Below, in pieces: positions 37,263 through 46,502 of a DNA stretch of 64,000 bases. Within the stretch, counting starts at the first letter, position 1. Every line of letters starts with the position of its first letter. This stretch comes from Rhina ancylostomus (lineage: Eukaryota): assembly GCA_030265395.1 (NCBI GenBank), contig JARFYF010000056.1, positions 19,859,636-19,923,635 on the forward strand, given 5' to 3'. The translations under genes were made by a program, and so were the position numbers. The notes under the pieces were generated by a model. The model worked only from the letters and a program-made list of their open reading frames with translations, was not told the DNA's origin and did no database searches.

Positions 37263-39608
37263 CCCATAACCATCAGGAACACCAACTCAAGCTGAAGGAT
37301 CACAATTCCACCTCCCCCCCCCCCACCCCAGCTGCACTCCTGAATGGCAGCACATTGGCACAGCTGATAGTCGCTGCCTCGCTGCTCCTGGTTATCCATC
37401 TGTATATTTACCTGCTCTGTTTGTCTCCTCATCCACCCCACATATCATGAACCAAACGCAATGCTGTGCATCTACTATACCTGCTTCAGGTGCTGACTGT
37501 GTGGAGTTTGCATGTTCTTCCTGTGACCGCGTGGTTTTCCATCAGGTGCTTCAGTTTCCTCCCGCATGACATGAGGGCTGGTTGGTTCATTGGCCACTAT
37601 AAGTTGCCCCTTGTGTGCAGATGAGTGGACAGTTGATGAGAATGTGGGAGAATAATAATGGGATTAATGCAGGATTAGTGTAAGTGGGTGGCTGATGGTT
37701 GTCATGGACCCGGTGGGCTGAAGGGCCTTTTTCTGTGATGTCTTTCTCTATAAACAATCATTATCATCAAACTCTGCTTCCTGAAGAGGTGTCTTCATCT
37801 CTTTCTGGAGAATCTACTGAGATCGGGGAATGTGGATAAAGCTGGTCACTTCTCATCAGGGGTGGCACAGTGCGTGTCGNNNNNNNNNNNNNNNNNNNNN
37901 NNNNNNNNNNNNNNNACCTTTGCATTTCTTGCCACTTTTCACATTCACATCATTTGCCTTCATTTAAAGAGGTTAGGTCACACAGTGACACCTAGTCAGC
38001 AGCCCGACACCAGCCTGTCCTCTGTGACCACATAATCTTCAGGCTGGATTTAATGTGGCTGCTCCCAAACCGACATCTCCACGATTTTACACCAGCCGGT
38101 TCAGCTGGTTATTGGTCAACTGCTGGATCTGGGTCAACTATCAGGAAAGGACTGCAGTCTGCGCTCCTCACCCTCTGGACATTGAAGAGCTGCATCCAGT
38201 GTGGAAACCCCTCAACCACCCAAAGTTTGTATCACCCCAGGAGGCATGAGTGTTGCTCTGAACACAAAAAGGTGCAGACACTACTGAGGCATAGAACTGC
38301 AAATGTGTAGATTGAACAACACAACCAACATAAAGAGCCATGTACTGTGATTTTTCTTTTGTATGTATACAGTTATTATGAATAACATTTGATTTTGAGG
38401 TAAATAAAACTATCAGCGACTCAGATTCGTAATGTGGAGCAAGGCAGTAAACGAGCTAAGTTTCCCCAGACGATTTTAATTCACCAATGGTGTCCATGGA
38501 AGTTTGGTAACTGTGACAGAGGTTTACAAACCAGAGGTCACAATCAATATACTGCAGGTTCCAGAAATCTGAACCAAAGATCGGAAACTCTGGGAATATC
38601 AGGCAATAACTGTGGAGGGAGAAACCAAATAGATATTTCAGCATTTTCCATGACTGTGATTGAGATGGAGAGTTTGCTAATTGTGATCACTGGTTTGCTT
38701 CTACTACCCATCAGCACTACAGTAACAATAAATGTACCAGCACATCTCTTTCTGTGGACGTGGGAGGAAGCTGAAGTACTGATGGTGACACGGAGGGTGT
38801 GGAAACTCCACATGGACACCCAAGGATGGGATCAAACCTTGGTCACGGGAACGCTGGTTTGGCCTCTGTGATCAGCTAATACAGTGGAGTTGTCATGTCA
38901 AGCTTATTGTCTTCTACCCCACTGTGATAAGACTATTGAATGGTTCTCTTATACAATGAGATGGACTCTGACCTCACTATCTACCTTGTTGTGACCTCGC
39001 ACCTTATTGCACTGCACTTTCTCTGTAGCTGCGACACTTTACTCTGTACTGTTATTGTTTTTACCTGTACTACATCAATGCACTCTGTACTAACCCGATG
39101 TAATTGCATCGTGAAATGAATTGACCTGTACGATCGGTATGCACGACAAATTTTTCACTGTACCTCAGTACAAGAGACAATAATAAACCAATACCAGTTA
39201 TGTCCACAAGAATGGTGAGGTACAGGTACAAAGACAAACTTGCTTGCAGCAGCATTACAGGCAAGTAGATTCAGACAACACACAGAACATAAATTATGCA
39301 GGAATCCCTTTGCCTCCACACATGCTGCTTGACCTGCTGAGTTCTTCCGGCAGCTTTTGTTTTGCTCCAGATTTCCAGCACCCACAGTCTCCACCGCAGA
39401 GAATCGTTGCGTTCAGCTTTGCCAAAGGTGAAAGTAAAACTGCGGCTGTGGAGCACGATGGTTTGGGGAGCGCAGAGGGCAGCACACAGCCGCCGTCCAC
39501 CCTCATTCCCAGCAGATTTTTGTCAAGCTTGTGCACTCGTCACAGCCTCCCGATCCAGGGCTGGGACCCTCCCTGCCCCGGCCGCCTCCCCGCCCTCTCT
39601 CCGCTCAC

Positions 39609-39771
39609 CTGGGTTACGGGACGCCGCCGGCGCCACTGGGCTGCGGTTAGCTGGTTGGGGCAACGGTCTGGCGTCGGCCACTCGCCCGCCGGTGCTCCCG
39701 GGCTCTGAGAATCGGGGCTTGAAGCCTCCGCCCGGGACAGGGCTCTGGGACTCGCCTCCGCTCTCCTCCAT
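39609..39771 (-). CDS. Putative exon 1 of TOR1AIP (LAP1/LULL1)-like gene (MEESGGESQSPVPGGGFKPRFSEPGS...ASRNP)
   Basis: gcgATGg Kozak context at 39771 in the CpG island, strong donor CCAG|GTGAGC at 39609/39608. 163 nt, phase 1, in frame with the acceptor at 36488. Confidence 0.65.
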
Positions 39772-39904
39772 CGCTGGAGCCGAACCAGTCGGTCCGGTTC
39801 CCGGGTGGGAGGGATCTGGCGGCGGGCGGTAACCCGGGAGATATCGGGCTTGGCTGCAGCTCAGCCAGTCCAGCCCGGTCCGGGAACACCCATCAATGTC
39901 CCCC

Positions 39905-40165
39905 AGCTGGGGAAGGAGGGGTCCCGGCGCCCACAGCCCGGTCCCCCGGGGTTCCTGGCGCCCACTGCTTGGTCCCGCAGGGGAGGGGTGGTCCCGGCGC
40001 CCACAACCCGGTCCCCGGGGTGGGGGGGGGGGAACGCAGCGGCAGCAAACAGCCCGGTCCCCCGGGGGGGGGGGGGACCTGGCGGCAGCCCACAGCCCGG
40101 TCCCCGGGGGGGGCACCCGGCAGCCCACAGCCCGGTCCGGGGGGGGGGCACCCGGCAGCCCACCG
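39905..40165 (+). repeat. GC-rich tandem repeat (ggcagcccacagcccggtcccc + G-run), about 6 copies
   Basis: Directly visible; G-runs of up to about 14 nt. Confidence 0.85.
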
Positions 40166-40244
40166 GCGCCGCGAAACGCGCTCCGGGTTTGCGTTGGGAA
40201 CAGAATCAACTCCCCAGCGGCGGGACCGACATCCGCGGCTAACC

Positions 40245-40254
40245 GCGCATGCGC
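40245..40254. promoter_or_regulatory. NRF1 binding motif GCGCATGCGC
   Basis: Perfect palindromic NRF1 consensus in the promoter of a nuclear-encoded mitochondrial gene. Confidence 0.7.
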
Positions 40255-40500
40255 CGCGCTGAAGCTCGGCCGGCACTGTCTGGGGCGCCCTGATGTTGAG
40301 GGCACCAATGCGCGGCGCCGTCATATCGAGATCAACCACACGCAAAACTGCTGGAGAAACTCAGCGGATCAGGTAGCCTCTACGGAGGGAAATGGACCGT
40401 CCACGTTTCGGGTCCGAGACCTTTCATCAGGACTGGGTTCAGCTCACCGAGATTGCGCTTGCGGCGCCATGATGGTGAGGACTAGAAGGCGTCCCCACCA

Positions 40501-40508
40501 TGACGTCA
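40501..40508. promoter_or_regulatory. CRE (CREB/ATF) palindrome TGACGTCA
   Basis: Perfect CRE about 65 nt upstream of the MRPS2 ATG. Confidence 0.65.
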
Positions 40509-40569
40509 GACAGAAACAACGTGTTTGTTCCGCTGATGTTCATAAAGTTTGTTGAAATTCAGGAGCTCC

Positions 40570-40594
40570 ATGGCGATGAGGTTTCTGCGGGGCG
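40570..40594 (+). CDS. MRPS2: Mitochondrial ribosomal protein S2 (uS2m), coding exon 1 (MAMRFLRG)
   Basis: ATG at 40570 (tccATGg) inside a CpG island, followed by a strong donor G|GTGAGT at 40594/40595. Phase 1 matches exon 2. Arg-rich start fits a mitochondrial presequence. Confidence 0.8.
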
Positions 40595-41254
40595 GTGAGT
40601 GGGAACCGAGCGGCGGGGAACCGGGGATTGGGGGGGGGGGTCAGGGAGTCGCTCGCCACCCATTGCCCCTGTTGTGCCGAGGCTCCCAGGGACTCGGTGC
40701 ACCGGTTGATCGAAGGTTCCCTCGGCCAAGCACCAGAAGGGCCAAACCCTGTCCTCGGACTTGCCGCAACTTAGGCCCAGCTCCGCCTCCCTCCCTGCCC
40801 GGGACCCGGCCCATCTGTCACCAGGGCCGGCCGTGTCCATGCAGCAGAAAATCTGCTGGTGGAACTGGAGGTCGAGCAGCCTCTGGGGGGGGGGGAATGG
40901 TCAACGTTTCGGGTCGAGACCCTGCACCAGACGCTGCTCGGCCTCCAGTTCCCCCAGCAGAGTGTTTGCTGCTCCACATTCCAGCATCTGCAGCCTTTGG
41001 CCATTGCCATTTCCCTCCTGTGTTCCCTGGGGTCACTGCCCTGGCCATGTCCCACCAGTCCTCTCCCCATGAGAGATCATCGACCTGACACAACTGTTTC
41101 TCTCTGACTTGCCGAGTATTTCAGCAATTTTTTTAATTTCAGATCTCCAGCACTAACATTAATTTTTGTTATTTTGCCTCGCTCTCACCTGATTATGGTT
41201 GAATGTCTCTTGTTTCACCTTATAATCTATGTATCTTCTCTCTGATTCTCTCAG

Positions 41255-41374
41255 CACTGCCACGATTGGGCCTCGTAACCCGTTCTGTCCTCTCTTCCAA
41301 CCACCAGCTGAAAAGCCAACCATATGGGCATGCTGCAGGGCCCCTCCCAGCCATACAGGAGCCAGCACAGACAG
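41255..41374 (+). CDS. MRPS2: MRPS2 coding exon 2 (ALPRLGLVTRSVLSSNHQLKSQPYGHAAGPLPAIQEPAQT)
   Basis: Pyrimidine tract and tctcag| acceptor, donor ACAG|GTCAGT, 120 nt, phase 1-1, open frame. 'ALPR' resembles the human MRPS2 N-terminus. Confidence 0.8.
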
Positions 41375-44272
41375 GTCAGTGATGAGCTTACCACTTGAGA
41401 ACATTTGGGCACATGGACATTGGAACCTGCTTCACCAATGCAATATGTAGGAAATTATAAGGAGGGCCTTGTGGACAAGATGAGCTTGCAGAGGGGAGAG
41501 CGGACTGGAATGAGAAAGCATTGTAAGTCTATATCTAGGTCAGGGAGGACATTTTAAAAGTAGTTCATTTTGGCAGTCTGGGAGAATGGAAGCTGTCAAG
41601 CAAGTGGTTATGATCTTTGTTACTTATTGCATAAGCTCATTATACTTGATGAAGGACAAAGTGAACAGTGCGTTGGGGTTTTTGTAATTGATAAAGGAAG
41701 TTGGAAGTCACTTTTAGTATGTTGTGTCATCTTGGAGTTGTTTGACTGGAGATGAGATGAACCTGAGAAAATTTGATCAGATCCCACTTGAATGGCAAGT
41801 TCAAGTTTATTGTTGTCATAGGCTTACATGCACANNNNNNNNNNNNNNNNNNNNNNNNNNNNNNNNNNNNNNNNNNNNNNNNNNNNNNNNNNNNNNNNNN
41901 NNNNNNNNNNNNNNNNNNNNNNNNNNNNNNNNNNCACAGGGTATAAATGCCATGAAAAATAGCTTTTTGAAGCAGTGTAATACAATACAAACACGAGTTA
42001 ACATAATATATAAATTATGCATGTATCTGGCATAAATTATATTTCTATTTTTCTGCCAGTTACACTAAAGATACATATGGGCATATGGTAGTACAGATGA
42101 ATGCAGTACAAATGAAAATATGAGAGAAAATATAGTTATTTATAGGGAGAGGGGCATTTAATGGTGTTGATGGGTATCTGCAGAAATGCCATGGTGCCAA
42201 CTTGTAAGTTTTGAATGTGAAGGTGCAGTTGTACATGTCTTGGAGAGAGTTTTTTTTCTTTAGAGGTAGGAAGGAAGTAGGGTTGAGAAGAGAAAAGGAA
42301 ATGTGGTTAAAGATGGACATGAAAAAATGGTCCTCTCTGTGATCAACACAGGAGGTAGTAATCTTGAGGAAGCTTTGCCATCCACTGGCATGGAGGGCAG
42401 TGAGAAAGGGAGTTGCAATAAACGTTTAAGTCACTGAAAATGAGAAGCTATTTGGTGCAGAAGGAGAGGGTGGGAGGAAGGTTATAGTTTAATGTGTTCA
42501 GCTTGTGGGCGTGGGGGTATGGATGTTGATTAGACAGTGAGGGATTTAAGTGAGTGGGGACAGATGAGAGTGAGATAGGGTGTCACACTCCCACTGTCCT
42601 TGTCCACTTCCTATTTCTTATCTACTGTGGTAAAATCAATCTGAAAATGCAGTGTCACTTTCCACATGTATGCTAGTTACAGCGGTCTATACTTCACTGG
42701 GATCTGTCTTGATCATTTCTACTCCCTCTAAATTATCAGACTGCTTTTTTAGTGTATGTTAGTGGCTAGGTGGAAATTTATTGTAACTAAATATTGTGAA
42801 GACTGAAGGAACTGATTTTGGTCTCCACCACAAACTACATTTCCAAGTCAGTGAGTCCGTCCCTCTTCCTGCAGTGGGCTGAGACTGAAGCCGACTGTTT
42901 GTAACCTTGTGGTCATATTTGACCCCAGAATTCAATCGCACATCTGGTTCTTCACTAAAACTGCTAATTTCCACTCAATAACATTGTTGATTCTGGTCCT
43001 TCCTTCACCCATCTGCTGCTGAAATCTTCATCCTCGACTTTATCACTAAATTTGATCATTCAAATTCACTCCTGGTAACTCTCCCATTTTCATCCCTCTG
43101 TAAACCTGATGTGAATCTCTGCTGTCTAATGTGCATTAAGTAATTTTCTCTCAAAACCCATGTTCCCTATTGAATTATGTTGGTTTCTGGTTAGACTGGT
43201 CTTTTTGAATCCTTTGCTGGGCTCCCTTCTCTATTTCTGTTGTCTCTAACATTGTGCGGGACATGGTTGTGCAGTGTGAAGTTACTGGGCTTACATTTTG
43301 GACCTGAGTTTGAATCCTGCCAATGCAGCTCAGGATTTTTAAATTTGTCAAATTAAATAAATCTAGGTTCCATGAAAGAAAGAAAAGCATCAGTAATGAT
43401 AATTGTAAACTATTGAATTGTTCATAAAACAAGCATCCTTGTCAAGGAAGGAAATCTGCCAGGTTACTCTGGCCTCTTCATGAGTCCAAACTCTCAAAAG
43501 GGGTTGACTCCTAACTATCTCTTCAGAGTAGTGTGGGTTGACAGTAACTGTTGCTGCTATCAGTGTCCGTGTCTTATGAATAAATGAAACAATCCTCTCT
43601 CTGTACTCGTCCAATTCTGGCCCACTGAGCTGTCTGATTCTGGATTTTCCCCCACTGTTTGCCATGGTCATGTCATGGTCCTAAGTTCTGAAATTCCCTC
43701 CCTGAAGGTTATCCTTTAAGGTTTTTTAAACCTACCTGTTTGACCAGCCTTTTGATCATTGTTTTTTATATTTCTTTATATGGCTCACTATTGAAATTTA
43801 TTGGTAATGCTCTTGTGAAAGGACTTTCAATGTTTTTACTCTATTATAGTTGCTGTGGAAATCGAACTTGTTGTTGTGGTAGGTTGAGATAGGATGGTAT
43901 ATCCAGGCGGGAAGCTTCAGTTGAGGTTGAGGTGTCACTACTCATCATTTCTAGTGTTGGTTAAAGTTGATAGATTGTAGATGTCGAGGATTTTGTGTGA
44001 TGTGAGGGATCTGTCTGGAAGAGAGTATGATTGTATGAAGTATAAGCAAAAGTTGGCACTCAGCCCCTTGAGCTGGCTCCACTGTTCAATAAGGTCATGG
44101 CTGGTTTGATTGTAACTTCAACTTCACATTCCTGCCTATCCCACTAACCATTCACCGCCTTGCAGGAGGGGATGGCAGGTATTGTAGGATGGAGGTACAG
44201 TGGGTTTGTGTTGTCAACTCAATGTAAAGTCTGAACTGTGAACATTAACTCTCTGCTGTGTAACTGTTATAG

Positions 44273-44399
44273 TGGATGACAGAGTGTTGAACGACCCCCT
44301 GAAACATCCTGATTTCTTCCATGTCAGTGAGCTCTTCACTGTAAAAGACCTCTTCGATGCCAGGGTGCACTATGGTCACAAGAGAGGCTGTCGGCACAG
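44273..44399 (+). CDS. MRPS2: MRPS2 coding exon 3 ([43 protein letters not shown])
   Basis: Acceptor ttatag|, donor CAG|GTAGGT. Matches the recalled MRPS2 motif '[29 protein letters not shown]'. Confidence 0.95.
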
Positions 44400-45882
44400 G
44401 TAGGTGTTTGATGTTCATGGGCTTAAACTGCATAAACCAATGTGGCTGGTAAACCAGGAGTTGCTGAAGTGGGGATTGGTGGTAGGTTGGGAGAGTGGAA
44501 TAGGATGGTGTGAGAGGGACAGAGGCCAGTGTGAGGAAGGCGTTGGGGGACTAAGGTGAGCGACTCTCTGTGACCTTATCACATCAGAGCAATAAAACAC
44601 TTCAATAAGTGTGTTTCATATTGAAAGGCAGGTCAGTGCAGCCTGTTACTTAGGAACAGAAGGAGGAGTAATCAGCTGCTAGAGCCTATTATCCCCCCCT
44701 CGTTAGATTGTGGCTTATCTATACCTTAACTTCTTGAACCTACCTTGGTTTTATTAACTGTAATGCCTTTTGTCCAACAAAAATCTATCATTCGGTTTTG
44801 AAATTCTTGAGTGACTTCCTGCCATTCACCCACAATGCTTTTTGGGATAGAATTCCAGATTTCTGTCATCCTTTGTGTTGTGAAATGTTTCTGATCTTAG
44901 TATCTGAACACACTAGCTCTTAATTTCAAGGTCAGACTTCTGTCCTGGACTTGATCACTAGAGGAAATGGGTTTTCTCTCTCTCCATCTGCACAATTCCT
45001 TTTAATCATATTAAACTTGATTCAATCAAACCTTAATCTTTTATATTCAGCTAAGTACATCCCTCTGCAACTTCTCTCCATTACTTAATCCCTTTAGCCA
45101 GGATACTATTCTGATCAATCTGCACAGCATTCCTTCCAAAGGGAATGCATCTGTCTTGAGATGTAGTAATGAACTCTCTACTCTAAAAGGAGTATGTCCA
45201 GAGCTTTGTTACCTGTAATACAACTCATTTCTCCCCCTTTATTTTCCATTCTGCTTGAGGTGAAGCCTGAACATAGAAATCTAGCCAGCTGAGAGAAGTT
45301 GTCATATATCTAGGCCACATCAGAGGTAGTGTGTGGATTGCATTGAAATGTGTTGTTAAATAAATTGATTTTAAGCAAGGCCTTCAAGTGGAATTATGGA
45401 GAAGGAAAGCTTTCGGAAGGGAATTCCAGCATCTGAAACATGGCTCCCAGCGTGGGGTGATACTGTTCAGATGTTGGAACTTGTCCAGAGAGAGGAGGAA
45501 GTTTGCAAGATCACATGGCCTTGCATCTAGAGCTTATTAGGGAACCTATGGGATGCTGCACTTTTACACACAGCTGCTAATTTAGTTTTGTATGCTCAGA
45601 GTTTCTGGTTGGCACCCTGGTGTCAATAGCTGGAATGGAGAACGGTGAGGGTGCATGGACACAAATATTCTGTCCTCACTTGCTAAGGGAAGGTGTCTGG
45701 ACATGTATGCCATGTAGCCTCAGTGGGTGAGGTTATCTGGCCTCAACTTTCTAGGTGGGAGTGTTTGATGTCTGGATGATGGACTTGGCATTACTTATCA
45801 GCTGTGCCTTGGAGGGAGGCCACTCCAAGAGATGTGTCTTTGAAAAGAATGGGGATAATGGAAACACTTCCTCTCTCTTTAG

Positions 45883-46414
45883 GCTGATGGAACCATATCT
45901 TTTTGGCTGCCGTTTGGAGCAAGACATTATTGACTTGGACCAGTCTGTTCTTCACCTTCAGCAGGCGCTGAACTTCACTGCCCATTGTGCATATCGGAAA
46001 GGGATCATCCTGTTTGTAAGTCGAGCCCGTCAGTTTTCTCATCTGATAGAGAAAACGGCACAGGAGAGTGGAGAGTACACACACACCAGGTATTGGCAAG
46101 GTGGCCTACTGACCAATGCGCACATCCAATATGGCACTGGTGTTCGTCTGCCTGACCTCATCATCTTTGTCAACACCTTAAGCAATGTATTTGAACAGCA
46201 TATTGCTGTGCGAGATGCTGCCAAGATGAACATTCCAACGGTGGGGATAGTAGATAGTAACTGTAATCCAAGTCTCATCACTTACCCCATTCCAGGGAAT
46301 GATGACTCTCCCTCGGCCATTAAACTTTATTGTAAACTTTTTAAAATGACCATTCTCCGGGCAAAGGACAAAAGACGTCAAATGGACCTTCTGCATGGAC
46401 TCCAGAAAGAATGA
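45883..46414 (+). CDS. MRPS2: MRPS2 terminal coding exon (uS2 domain)
   Basis: Acceptor ctctctttag|G CTG ATG. Contains uS2 signatures [32 protein letters not shown] and YPIPGNDDS. Stop at 46412-46414. Spliced CDS is 804 nt = 267 aa. Confidence 0.97.
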
Positions 46415-46496
46415 ACCAGTGAAGCACTTAATATTCTGAGATAGAACTGCCATCAGGCGTAGGAATCTGTAAAAGCAGGATGAACTCTCCTTTGTA

Positions 46497-46502
46497 ATTA
46501 AA
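46497..46502 (+). terminator. Candidate polyadenylation signal (ATTAAA cluster) of MRPS2
   Basis: ATTAAA about 80 nt after the stop, repeated twice more within 30 nt and followed by a GT-rich stretch. Confidence 0.45.

Larger units (their letters stand above)
39450..40950. promoter_or_regulatory. CpG island / bidirectional promoter between the TOR1AIP-like gene (-) and MRPS2 (+)
   Basis: Sharp GC and CpG enrichment against an AT-rich, CpG-poor background. Divergent ATGs at 39771 and 40570, about 800 bp apart. Confidence 0.85.

Noticed and set aside
39244-41107. Many overlapping 80-260 aa Gly/Pro/Arg-rich ORFs on both strands
   Set aside because: Result of stop-codon scarcity in a GC-rich CpG island and tandem repeat. 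Only the two short first exons are supported by splice phase.
45755-45882. N-terminal extension of ORF 45755..46414
   Set aside because: Intronic read-through; MRPS2 homology begins only after the acceptor at 45882/45883.
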